DNA of 64,000 nucleotides, from the NCBI GenBank assembly GCA_965250285.1, contig OZ252299.1, positions 4,288,001 through 4,352,000 of the forward strand. The letters run 5' to 3'. The notes beneath the pieces were generated by a model. The model was not told the DNA's origin, did no database searches, and saw nothing but the letters and a program-made list of their open reading frames with translations. The stretch comes from Myxococcota bacterium. GTDB taxonomy: Bacteria; Myxococcota_A; UBA9160; UBA4427. Positions 17,924 to 27,170 of the stretch are shown in pieces (the first letter of the stretch is position 1; every line of letters begins with the position of its first letter). A program made the position numbers and the translations under genes.

Positions 17924-18699
17924 GATGCCACTGCCGCCGGCTGTCGGGTACGGCCCGGATGGCTGTGAAACCGCGCTCCCTTCCACTTCAGGACCAGCGC
18001 GTGCCAGTAGATGCCAACCGCCACCGAAAGGGTCATGAGAGGCGTCCGCATCAGGGCCGATGCGAGCGACCGGCCCGTGATGGCTTCGCGGCGCAGCGAG
18101 ACCGCCGCCTGAAACACGGCGACGTCGTCGGCGTCTCGGCTCTCGATGCCGAGCCCGAGCCGCTCGCCCGGCACCTGAACTCGCCAGAGATAGCGCTGGT
18201 CCATCGGCATGAAGGGCGAGACGTGGAACTCCTTGGGCTGCTCGACCCGCCCGGCCTGGTCGGCGCCATCGACGGAGCGAAGGTCGAGCACGTAGCAGTG
18301 CGTCTCGTCCCAGGGCGTGTTCGTCACTTCGGCGACCAGAGCCTCGAGGGTCTCGCCGTCTTCGGCGTAGCAGTAGAAGAAGCTCACGGGATTCATCCGG
18401 AAGCCGGCGACACGGAGGTTCGTCAGCAGCCGAACCGGCCCGAGTGAGCGCGGGCCGAGCCGCTCGCGCACGAGGTTGCGCACGCTGTCGGCCAGCGGCT
18501 CGCTCGGATCACCGAGATGATCCTCTCTACGAAACCGGCTCCAGGCCCGCCGCTTCGTCGACCACAGCCAGCGCCCGGCGAAGACTGCGTCGAGCTCGTC
18601 GAGGTCGAGCCACGCCATGTAGATGCGGCGTTCGAACCGGTGCTCGAAGGGCTCGATGCGGCGATGCATCACCCGGCCGACGTAGAGCGCGCTGTTCAC
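17920..18699 (-). CDS. DUF1365 family protein (UfaO-like)
   Basis: LY.G.V.HRR..P..H.F, LDLDEL, NPVSF.YCY, EV.NTPW.E.H.Y, K.FHVSPF, IYWHAL.L..KG. Confidence 0.93.
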   Translation of the reverse strand: MNSALYVGRVMHRRIEPFEHRFERRIYMAWLDLDELDAVFAGRWLWSTKRRAWSRFRREDHLGDPSEPLADSVRNLVRERLGPRSLGPVRLLTNLRVAGFRMNPVSFFYCYAEDGETLEALVAEVTNTPWDETHCYVLDLRSVDGADQAGRVEQPKEFHVSPFMPMDQRYLWRVQVPGERLGLGIESRDADDVAVFQAAVSLRREAITGRSLASALMRTPLMTLSVAVGIYWHALVLKWKGARFHSHPGRTRQPAAVAS

Positions 18700-19943
18700 G
18701 ACGGCCACTCGACGCCGAGATCGCGGCACACGCGCAGCGCGCTCTTGACCCCGTCTTCGTGAAAGCCGTAGCTCCAGTAGGCGCCACAGAAGTGGGTTCG
18801 ATCGACCCCCGAGATGCGCGCGTGCAGCTGCTGGGCACGGATCGCGTCGCCGTCGAAGACCGGGTGGTCGTAGACGAAGCGCTGCAGCACCTTGCGCTCG
18901 TCGATGCGGCCGCCATCGTTCAGCGTCACGAGGAAACGGTGCTGGGTGGGCAGCGACTGCAGCCGGGTCATGTCGTACGTCACGAGCACTCGGCCCGGGT
19001 CTTCGTCGGTCACGCGGTAGTTCCAGCTCGCCCGAGCGCGCTCTCGCTTCGCGAGCACGCTCTCGTCGGTGTGGAGTACGACGTCGTTGCGCTGATAGCC
19101 GATCGACGACAGCACCTTTCGTTCGACGGGGTCGGCGTCGCCCAGCATCGCGAGGGCCTGGTCGCTGTGGCAGGCGAAGATCACGTGGTCGTAGGCCGCG
19201 CTCCCCTCCTTCGAGTGGATCTCGACGCCGGCCTCCTGCCGCATCACGCGGCGAACCGGATCGGCGAGACGCACGTGGCCGCCGAAGCGAGCGGCCAGCA
19301 CATCGACGTACGAGCTCGAGCCGCCGCGCAGTACGCGCCAGCGCAGCGACGGCTTCGTCGACAGCAACCCGTGATTGCGAAAGAAGCGGACGAAGGTCGT
19401 CGCCGGAAAATCGAGGAACCGCGACGGGTCGGTCGACCAGATCGCTGCACCCATCGGCACGACGTAGTGCTTCACGAACGCCTCGCCATAGCCGGCGCCG
19501 CAGAGGTAGTCGCCGAGGGTCACCTTCTCGTCGCCGGCGGCGATCAGGGCCTGCGCGTCACGATTGAAGCGCAGAATGTCGCGCACCATGCCTCGGAAGG
19601 AAGGCCGAAAGACGTTGGTCGGCTGCGCGAACACGTTGGCGAGCGTACCACTCGCCCACTCGCGACCCGTGCGCTCACAGCTCATACCAAAGCTCATGTC
19701 GCTGCGCTGGGTGTCGACGCCGAGCTCGTCGAGCAGCCGCACGAAGTTCGGGTACGTCGTCTCGTTGTAGACGATGAAGCCCGTGTCGACCCGGTGGCGT
19801 TCTCCGAAGGCATCGACATCGACGGTGTGCGTGTGCCCACCGAGGCGCGGCTCCGATTCATAGAGGGTCACCTCGTGCTCGCGCTGCAAGACGTGCGCAC
19901 ACATGAGCCCGGAGATGCCACTGCCAATGATGCCGACTCTCAC
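18696..19943 (-). CDS. FAD-dependent oxidoreductase, COG2907 (UfaD-like fatty-acyl desaturase)
   Basis: GSGISG, RLGGHTHT, VDTGFIVYN..TYPN, PMGAAIWS, FF.NHGLL, ASWNY, FCGAYW.YGFHEDG. Confidence 0.93.
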   Translation of the reverse strand: MRVGIIGSGISGLMCAHVLQREHEVTLYESEPRLGGHTHTVDVDAFGERHRVDTGFIVYNETTYPNFVRLLDELGVDTQRSDMSFGMSCERTGREWASGTLANVFAQPTNVFRPSFRGMVRDILRFNRDAQALIAAGDEKVTLGDYLCGAGYGEAFVKHYVVPMGAAIWSTDPSRFLDFPATTFVRFFRNHGLLSTKPSLRWRVLRGGSSSYVDVLAARFGGHVRLADPVRRVMRQEAGVEIHSKEGSAAYDHVIFACHSDQALAMLGDADPVERKVLSSIGYQRNDVVLHTDESVLAKRERARASWNYRVTDEDPGRVLVTYDMTRLQSLPTQHRFLVTLNDGGRIDERKVLQRFVYDHPVFDGDAIRAQQLHARISGVDRTHFCGAYWSYGFHEDGVKSALRVCRDLGVEWPS

Positions 19944-20983
19944 TTCGCACCCTCCCGCTGACCCATCAAGACATGGGCGACCATCCACTCGTTGCCATCG
20001 TTGAAGCCGAAGAGCTCGGCGCACGCCATGAAGAAGAGCCGCCAACGCACGAACCACACGGCGGCCTGGTCGTCGCCATAGGTCTCGGCGAGCAGCGGCA
20101 TCAGCTCTTTGCGATGGGCGTCGAGGCGCTCGAGCCAGAGGTTGCTCGTGCGCTCGTAGTGGCGACCGTTCACGCGCCACAGCCGCTGCACCGTCAGATC
20201 GCGCTGGCAGCGCAAGAAATAGTCGGTCGACGGCATGATGCCGCCCGAGAAGAAGTGCTTCGCCATGAAGTCACGATCGGATTTCGCCTCGTAGGGGTAG
20301 AGCGTCTCGCGATGGGCGAAGTGGTGCAGAAAGAGCCGACCGTCGGGCTCGAGCCAGCGCGCGACCCGCGAGAGCAGCAGCGGGTGATTGCGCACGTGCT
20401 CGACCATCTCGACGCTGACCACGCGATCGAAACGCAGGTCGGTGTCGAAGCGGTTCACGTCCTCGGTGATCACCTCGATGTTCTCGAGGCCCCGCTGTGC
20501 GGCTCGACCGAGGATGAACTCGCGCTGATCCTTCGAGTTCGACACCGCCACCACCCGAGCGTTGGGGTGACGCCGCGCGATCCACAGCGAGAACGAGCCC
20601 CAGCCACAGCCGAGGTCGAGCACCCGCATGCCGTCCTCGACACCGGCGCGCTTCTCGGTGAGGGCGAGCATTCGCCGCTCCGACTCCTCGAGGCCGGTGT
20701 CTCGCTCGGGGTGCAGACCGCAGCTGTACTTCAGGTGCGGCCCGAGCACGGCCTCGAAGAAGGCCGGCGGCACCTCGTAGTGCTGCTCATTGGCGAGCTC
20801 GGGGACAAGCGCGATCGGGCCCGTCCACCACTCGGTGAGCAGGGCGTGCTCTGCGCGGTCGCGGGCCTCGACGTCGTCGAGGAAGAGTTGGGAGAGCTGG
20901 TCGGCGAGCCGGCGTCGAATGCCGGCCCGAATCAAGGCATCGGGAACGCGGCCCGATTCGACGAGATCCATCGTGTTCATCAC
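19940..20983 (-). CDS. class I SAM-dependent methyltransferase, Cfa/CMAS family (ANEQHYE, coclaurine-N-methyltransferase-like subtype)
   Basis: ANEQHYEVP, LKYSC, LDLGCGWGS, VSNS..Q, SVEM.EH, FFSGG.MPS, W..FFMAC.ELFG. Confidence 0.92.
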   Translation of the reverse strand: MMNTMDLVESGRVPDALIRAGIRRRLADQLSQLFLDDVEARDRAEHALLTEWWTGPIALVPELANEQHYEVPPAFFEAVLGPHLKYSCGLHPERDTGLEESERRMLALTEKRAGVEDGMRVLDLGCGWGSFSLWIARRHPNARVVAVSNSKDQREFILGRAAQRGLENIEVITEDVNRFDTDLRFDRVVSVEMVEHVRNHPLLLSRVARWLEPDGRLFLHHFAHRETLYPYEAKSDRDFMAKHFFSGGIMPSTDYFLRCQRDLTVQRLWRVNGRHYERTSNLWLERLDAHRKELMPLLAETYGDDQAAVWFVRWRLFFMACAELFGFNDGNEWMVAHVLMGQREGAK

Positions 20984-21588
20984 GCACCTCCAAGGCTCGA
21001 GACGTCGGTCTCGGCAAAGAAGAAGGCCGGCCAGACCAGCGCGTCGAGGACGACGGTCTGCAGGCCGAAGGGAAGGAGTCCAACGAGAGCGAGCCAGCGC
21101 TCGAAGCGCGGGCCGTCACCGGGTCGAAGAACGAGCTCGAAGAGCGCCAGCGTGCCCAGCGCCACGAGTCCCAGATCGAGCCGCACGGTGACCCATGCGA
21201 GGTTCGAGCTCACCTCGAGCATCCAGGCGGTGAGCGGCACCCAGAGCGCCGACGGAATCAGCACCAGCGCGTAGGCGCAGAGCATGCGTCGCCCGAACTG
21301 ATCGACGTCGCCCGACGCGTCGGCGCGGTGCAGTCGGCGCGCCGCGACGGCCGAGAAGCAGAAGTAGCCGGCGGCCGCGAGGAACATGTTCGTCGTGTAG
21401 AGGGGCCGCAGCGCATCGGGCACGCCGCCCCAGAGCGCAGCGCCGACGCCAGGGGCCTGGACGCCCCAGACGTAGCTCCCGAGCACCGCCGAACCACCGA
21501 TGACATTCAGGGCGACGAACCGTACGAGGGTGCCGGAGCGGCGCTGCGCGGGAGCGCGCGTATCGAGCGGCTGGGTCGTCGAGCTCAT
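20980..21588 (-). CDS. hypothetical 5-TM membrane protein
   Basis: Coupled to both neighbours by 4-nt overlaps; five hydrophobic segments. Confidence 0.8.
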   Translation of the reverse strand: MSSTTQPLDTRAPAQRRSGTLVRFVALNVIGGSAVLGSYVWGVQAPGVGAALWGGVPDALRPLYTTNMFLAAAGYFCFSAVAARRLHRADASGDVDQFGRRMLCAYALVLIPSALWVPLTAWMLEVSSNLAWVTVRLDLGLVALGTLALFELVLRPGDGPRFERWLALVGLLPFGLQTVVLDALVWPAFFFAETDVSSLGGA

Positions 21589-22232
21589 TTGACGTCCTCC
21601 AGCAGCTTGCTTCGAAGCTTGCGGTCGAAGGGCTCCTCGCCGAGCCAGATGCCGAACATCGCGCGGGCGAACGGCTCGCCTGCGACGACGCCGCGCGCGA
21701 TGCCGTTCTTGGTGAGCTCGGTGCCGACGCCCGGCACGTACGTGATCGCGTATCGATCCCCGGGCTCGACGTCTTCGTAGAGGGCGTTCAGCGCCTCGAT
21801 CGAGGGCTCGAGTGCCGCGTACTCGGCGGGGGTCACATTGCGCGCGATCCGCTCGCGCGTCATGCGCCGGAACATGCGGGCCGGAATCGACAGGAACGTC
21901 TGAAGCTCGAGGCGCTTCGGGGCGTCGGCCTCGATCACTTGCGCAGCGGTCCGCGTCTGAGGCTCGGCCGCAGGGTCGACATAGAGCGCCATCGCGTACA
22001 GCTTGATGAAGACGCGGTAGCGGTGGAGACCGAGCCCCTTGATCTCGAGTGAACGGCCGCCGGCCTCGCTCCGATCGGCGAACGCGACGCCCGAGACTTC
22101 GTACGCCGCGCGAGCTTCGGATGAGCCCGCGAGCACGAGCACCCACAGCAGCGCCGCGGCCACCGCCCCAGCACGGCTCCTGCGGCGGGCCGATCGCCGG
22201 ATCTCGCTCGTGCTGTCCAGATCGGGGTGCAT
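21585..22232 (-). CDS. chalcone-isomerase-fold (Chalcone_3) exported lipid-binding protein
   Basis: Signal peptide; L...GLG......I.LY..ALYV, V.PGD, F.RA.F.IWLGE.P....LR.KLL; AGGAG SD. Confidence 0.9.
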   Translation of the reverse strand: MHPDLDSTSEIRRSARRRSRAGAVAAALLWVLVLAGSSEARAAYEVSGVAFADRSEAGGRSLEIKGLGLHRYRVFIKLYAMALYVDPAAEPQTRTAAQVIEADAPKRLELQTFLSIPARMFRRMTRERIARNVTPAEYAALEPSIEALNALYEDVEPGDRYAITYVPGVGTELTKNGIARGVVAGEPFARAMFGIWLGEEPFDRKLRSKLLEDVK

Positions 22233-22267
22233 GATTGTCGGATCTCCTGGGGCGCCGAACGGCGAAA

Positions 22268-22333
22268 AGCGTGCCCCCCTCTCGTCGAGCTGTCAAGATA
22301 TTTCCTTGACAGGACTTCGAGAAAATCTGGACT
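22268..22333 (-). promoter_or_regulatory. promoter of the leftward operon plus CarH-type 11-bp phased repeats
   Basis: Minus strand TTGACA (22296-22291) N17 CACGCT. Plus-strand 11-mers ctgtcAAGATA, tttccTTGACA, ggactTCGAGA, aaatcTGGACT (22290-22333). Inverted repeat CTGTCAAG-N7-CTTGACAG. Confidence 0.6.
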
Positions 22334-22385
22334 AAAATGACTTTCCCCTTTATTTTCGAGACCCAATCTCGATCTTGTACGGGAC

Positions 22386-22440
22386 AAAAATCCGTAAATC
22401 CGGATTTTTATGTGGACATGTCCTGAATCCGTCCTATCTT
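22386..22440 (+). promoter_or_regulatory. carH promoter (leaderless) with overlapping repeats
   Basis: TGGACA (22413) N16 TATCTT (22435), ATG 7 nt later. Minus-strand AGGACG, AGGACA and CGGATT in 11-bp phase. Inverted repeat AAAAATCCG-N6-CGGATTTTT. Confidence 0.55.
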
Positions 22441-22447
22441 GTGCGCC

Positions 22448-23371
22448 ATGGCACACGAAGAATCCGAGACGATCGAGATGACCTACCCGCTTCGCGCGGC
22501 GTCCCGCATCACGGGTCTGTCCGCGGAGCTTCTCCGAGCCTGGGAGCGCCGATACGGCGTGGTCGTGCCCATGCGCACGCCGGGCGGCACACGTCGCTAC
22601 CGCGCTGCCGACCTCGAGCGGCTCCGCCTGGTCAAGGCCGCCGTCGACGCGGGGCACCGCATTGGCCGCGTGTCGGAGATGAGCGACCACGAGCTGCGCG
22701 CGGCCGCCCAGCCCGAGTCGGTCCTACCCAAGAACCAGGCCCACCTCGAAGAGATCATGGTCGCCCTCGAGCAGCTCGACACGGTCGAGACGCAGCGCCT
22801 GCTCTCGCTGCAGCTGTCGGCGCTCGGCCCGGTGCGCTTCTCACGCCAGATCGCGAAGCCGCTCGTGTGTGAGATCGGCGAACGCTGGAGCCGGGGCGAG
22901 CTCTCGATCGCGTCGGAGCACATGGCGACCGCCGTGCTGCGATCGATGTTCGGCGCCGCGCTTCAGCCGACGGCCGCGACCGCGATGGGGCCGCGCATCC
23001 TCTTCGCGACGCCGCCCGGCGAGCGCCACGAGCTCGGCCTGCAGATGGCAGCACTGACGGCCATGGGCGCGGGCGCACAGGCCATCTATCTCGGGGCCGA
23101 TCTCCCGACCGACGAGCTCGTCCGCGCCATCGAGCGCACCCGGGCGGTCGGCGTCGGCGTCAGCCTCGTCACCCTCGACGTGGCCGATGCCATCGCCGCG
23201 CTCCGCGAGCTCGAGGCCACGGTGCCCGCACCGGTGCATGTGTGGGCAGGCGGGCGACTCGCCCGCGAGATCGACCTCCCGAACCGCGTCGAGCTGATCG
23301 AGAGCCTCGAGGATTTCGAGCGCCGCATCTCGCTGCTCGGGTACGACAAGGCGAGCGTGATCCGCCGCTAG
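22448..23371 (+). CDS. carH: MerR-family cobalamin-dependent photoreceptor repressor (CarH/LitR-type)
   Basis: LRAWERRYG and RTPGGTRRY DNA-binding motifs; W-x9-EH (WSRGELSIASEH); ExHxxG (GERHELG); YLGADLP; WAGG. Confidence 0.88.
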   Translation: MAHEESETIEMTYPLRAASRITGLSAELLRAWERRYGVVVPMRTPGGTRRYRAADLERLRLVKAAVDAGHRIGRVSEMSDHELRAAAQPESVLPKNQAHLEEIMVALEQLDTVETQRLLSLQLSALGPVRFSRQIAKPLVCEIGERWSRGELSIASEHMATAVLRSMFGAALQPTAATAMGPRILFATPPGERHELGLQMAALTAMGAGAQAIYLGADLPTDELVRAIERTRAVGVGVSLVTLDVADAIAALRELEATVPAPVHVWAGGRLAREIDLPNRVELIESLEDFERRISLLGYDKASVIRR

Positions 23372-23402
23372 ATTCGCGCCGGGCCGAGGGCCCGGCGCAG
23401 CC

Positions 23403-24038
23403 TCAGCCGCTCCAAGCCGCGCGCGTGCCCGTTTCGGCGTCGATCGCGACGTGGCCGGGCTGCGACTCGAAGCGCTCGATCCATGCCTGCACGCTCGGAT
23501 ACGCACCGAGCTCGAAGCCGCCCTCATGGGCGACATGCGTATACGCGAACAGCGCGATGTCAGCGATCGTGAGCGCGTCGCCCACGAACCACGGGCGATC
23601 TGCGAGGTGCCTCTCCATCACCGAGAGCGCATGGCGACCGCCCTCCATCTTGGCGGGGAGCTCGTCGCGCTTGCCATCGGCCTGACCGGAGAAGTGCCAG
23701 AAGCGGGCGACGGCGATGAACGGCTCGTGGCTGTACTGCTCGAAGAACATCCACTGCAGCACCTGCGCTCGCGCCCACGTGTCCTCGGGCCAGAATCGCG
23801 TGCCCTGGGCCAGAAAGAAGAGGATCGCGTTCGACTCGGCCAGCACGCGGCCATCGGGCAGCTCGAGCGTCGGCACCCGATGATTCGGGTTCTTCGCCAC
23901 GAAGCGTTCGCTGCGCGTCTCGCCCTTCAGGATGTCGAGGTGCACGCGCTCGAAGGGCCGCTCGAGCAGCGTGAGCAGCAGCCGCACCTTGTAGGCGTTG
24001 CCCGACTCGAAGTAGTCGTACAGCCTGAGCTTTTCCAT
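23403..24038 (-). CDS. glutathione S-transferase family protein
   Basis: SGNAYKVRLLL, NPNHRVP.L, LAESNAIL, QWMFFEQYSHEP, TIADIALFAYTH. Confidence 0.95.
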   Translation of the reverse strand: MEKLRLYDYFESGNAYKVRLLLTLLERPFERVHLDILKGETRSERFVAKNPNHRVPTLELPDGRVLAESNAILFFLAQGTRFWPEDTWARAQVLQWMFFEQYSHEPFIAVARFWHFSGQADGKRDELPAKMEGGRHALSVMERHLADRPWFVGDALTIADIALFAYTHVAHEGGFELGAYPSVQAWIERFESQPGHVAIDAETGTRAAWSG

Positions 24039-24208
24039 CGTGCATCCCTCTCGTGAGGCATGGGCCGGCGAGCGGCGAGGCCCGGCCACCATAGCCCGGC
24101 GCCCCCCGGCGGCGGTGAGGGGATGGTCAAGAAACGATCGCACCGCGGTCAGGACCGAGATCGAGACTGCGCCGATGATCCCGTCGAACCCGAACAGGAG
24201 ATCCGGCC

Positions 24209-24934
24209 ATGAACCAGGCCCACCCCGCATTCTTCGAAACCCAGATCGAGCCGCGATTCAACGGCCCGCCCGGCATGGGCAACGGCGGCATCGTCTGCGC
24301 CCTGCTCGCAGAGCACTGCGAAGGCGCTTTCGAGGCCGAGCTGCGCGCGCCGGCCCCGCTCGAGCAGCCGCTGACGATCGATCGCGGCGTCGATGGTGAG
24401 ATTTCGCTGCGCGACGGCGATCGGCTCATCGCGTGTGCGCGCGAGCGGCGCCTCGAGCTCGACGTGCCTGAGCCGCCGAGCTGGCGCGACGCCGAACGCG
24501 CGCACGCCTCGCGTGTCGATGCCGCGCATCCGTTTCCGCACTGCTTCGTATGCGGGCCGGCCCGCGCGGCGGGCGATGGCCTGCGGGTCATCGCGGGCCC
24601 GATCGAGGGACGGGACGGTCTGGTCGCCACGCCGTGGCGCCCCGATGCGTCGTTCGTCGACGAGACCACAGGCGTCGTGGCGGAGCGCTTCGTGATCGCC
24701 GCCCTGGATTGTCCCGGCGGCATTGCCGCGCTCCGTGGCCGGCAGTCGCCGATCCTGCTCGCGCGGTTCCACGGCCACGTCGCGCGAGCTCCCGTTGCCG
24801 ACGAGCGCTGCATGCTGATGGGCTGGCCGATTCGCAGCGAGGGGCGCAAGCACGTGGCTGGGTCGGCGCTGCTCGACGAAGCAGGTCGAGTGCTCGGTCG
24901 GGCGGAGGCGCTCTGGATCGAGCCGCGCGGCTGA
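24209..24934 (+). CDS. double hotdog-fold / thioesterase-like hypothetical protein
   Basis: RFNGPPG.GNGG, L.AP.PL, HPFP.CFVCG, AALDCPG, EGRK..AG.AL; AGGAG SD. Confidence 0.75.
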   Translation: MNQAHPAFFETQIEPRFNGPPGMGNGGIVCALLAEHCEGAFEAELRAPAPLEQPLTIDRGVDGEISLRDGDRLIACARERRLELDVPEPPSWRDAERAHASRVDAAHPFPHCFVCGPARAAGDGLRVIAGPIEGRDGLVATPWRPDASFVDETTGVVAERFVIAALDCPGGIAALRGRQSPILLARFHGHVARAPVADERCMLMGWPIRSEGRKHVAGSALLDEAGRVLGRAEALWIEPRG

Positions 24935-24941
24935 GCCGAGG

Positions 24942-26609
24942 TCAGACCGAGGCGATCGCGAAGGTCTCGATCTCGCGGTCGCCAATGCGCGCGGGCCTCG
25001 ACTCGACCGCCACGCCCGAGCCGACGACCAGACCCGCGAAGGCGTCGGTCGCCCAGGCTTCGCCGGGTGACGTGACGGCGACCAGCGCGACGGCGTCGTC
25101 GACCGCCGGCCCTGAGACCACGAGGGTCGGCGCGTCGTCGGCCCCGCCGCCGTCTCGCTCACGGCACTCCACCTCGCTGCAGTGCAGCGCCGCGCGAAGG
25201 GTGCACCCGTGACGCTCGGCCGCCGCCGAGATCGCGAGCGCGCAGCGCGCGGCCGAGGCCGGACCATCGAAGAGCGCGGCCCACGCCGGGGCGTCGACCT
25301 CGACGCGCTGACCGCGGTGCGCGACGACGCACTGGTCGATGGCGGCCACGAGGTCGGAGGGGGCGCTGTCACCTCCATCGAGCAACAACAGCGTGGCGAG
25401 TCGGCGACGGGCCGTGCCTGCCCCGTCGCCGGTCTGCGCAAGCCACGCCTCGAGCGCTTCGGAGGTCTGTTCGGCGGTCGCACCGAAGAAGGGCAGATGA
25501 TCGACCCCTTCGAGCTCGACGAGCCGGGCGCCCGCGATTCGCTCGGCCAGCTGCCGTCCGTGCGCGACGTCGATCACCGGATCGCGCGTCGAGTGCACGA
25601 CCAGACAGGGCGTCTCGAGGAGCGGCAGCACGTCGCGCACGTCGATCGACCGGTTCATGCTCCAGAGCTCGAGCGCGGCCCCCGGGCTCGCGCCGACCAG
25701 CTCGGCGCGCCCCGCCCACGCGTGCATCGCCGGGTCGTCGTCGCGGCTCGCCACCGCCGTCGAGACGGATCGCCCCTCGCCCCAGCGCGTCGAGATGTAC
25801 GACTCGAGCCGGGCGATGTCGTCCTCGGTCCAGCCGAACGCCTGGTCGTCGTCGCGCGTCATGCGCGCGAACCCACCGAGCAGGGCCAGCCCGCTCACGC
25901 GCTCGGGTTGACTCGCGGCGTAGAGCAGCGCCATCGGTGCGCCCTCTGACACACCGACGACGTGCGCGCGACGGCTGCCGACCGCGTCGAGCACGGCCGT
26001 CAGATCTTCCATGCGCTGGGCGAGACCAGGCAGCTCCTTGACGCGATCCGAGAGCCCCGTGCCACGCTTGTCGAAGAGAATCAGTCTTGCGTGTCGGGCG
26101 AGCCGGTCGAAGAACGCCGCGAGCGGTGGCTCTTCGAAGATCGACGCGATGGAGAGGACCCAGCCGCTCACGACGACGACGTCGATGGGACCATCGCCGA
26201 CGACCTGATACGCGACGTGCGTGCCGCCCGCATTCGTGAAGGCCGAACGCGCCGCGGGGGTCTCGGCGACCGGCCGGGTGGGGCGCGAGGGCGGGTCGGC
26301 GCCCTCCTCGACTTCGGCCGTGAAGCGGTAGCCGACGCGGGCGTGGGTGCGAATGAAGGGGGGGTCGTTCTCGCCGTCAGCGACCGCGCGACGCGCGAGG
26401 CTCACGGCGCGGGCCAGTGATGCCTCGGTCACGGCGGCATCGGCCCAGAGCGCGTCGAGCAGCTCGTCCTTCGGCACGACGCGCTCGCGGTGGCAGACGA
26501 GGTACAGGAGCAGCTCGAAGACGAGCGGCTGGACCTCGACGACGGCGTCGCCGCGACGAAGCTCGCGGCGCGCCGCGTCGAGCACATACGACTCGAAGCG
26601 ATACTGCAT
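24942..26609 (-). CDS. regulator: OmpR/CadC-type wHTH + alpha/beta hydrolase + degenerate adenylate/guanylate cyclase domain (LipJ-like)
   Basis: YRF....LD..RREL, ERVV.KDELL..LW, IRT..R.GYRF; FDKRGTGLSDR, GVSEG; remnant LATL...D, FDGPA.A.RCA. Confidence 0.88.
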   Translation of the reverse strand: MQYRFESYVLDAARRELRRGDAVVEVQPLVFELLLYLVCHRERVVPKDELLDALWADAAVTEASLARAVSLARRAVADGENDPPFIRTHARVGYRFTAEVEEGADPPSRPTRPVAETPAARSAFTNAGGTHVAYQVVGDGPIDVVVVSGWVLSIASIFEEPPLAAFFDRLARHARLILFDKRGTGLSDRVKELPGLAQRMEDLTAVLDAVGSRRAHVVGVSEGAPMALLYAASQPERVSGLALLGGFARMTRDDDQAFGWTEDDIARLESYISTRWGEGRSVSTAVASRDDDPAMHAWAGRAELVGASPGAALELWSMNRSIDVRDVLPLLETPCLVVHSTRDPVIDVAHGRQLAERIAGARLVELEGVDHLPFFGATAEQTSEALEAWLAQTGDGAGTARRRLATLLLLDGGDSAPSDLVAAIDQCVVAHRGQRVEVDAPAWAALFDGPASAARCALAISAAAERHGCTLRAALHCSEVECRERDGGGADDAPTLVVSGPAVDDAVALVAVTSPGEAWATDAFAGLVVGSGVAVESRPARIGDREIETFAIASV

Positions 26610-26674
26610 GGGACGATGATGGCAGCGTCGGGCGCGTGGCGTCCACCCGGTCTCGGCCGGGCGCCCCGGCGCGG

Positions 26675-27025
<351 letters not shown>

Positions 27026-27170
27026 TTAGGTTGAGCCGGGGGCGCACCGGCATCCGCACCTAATCGTGCCGAAACGCCGCGAGAATTCCCACTGCGAAGA
27101 ACCGGCGGCGGGCCTCCGAGCTGGGCAGGATCTGGCTCAGCGGGGGCACTCCGCCCCGATTCTTCGCTGC

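Noticed and set aside
27054..27071. sigma54-like site upstream of glnB (CGGCACGATTAGGTGC, minus strand)
   Set aside because: GG-to-GC spacing is 11, not the required 10
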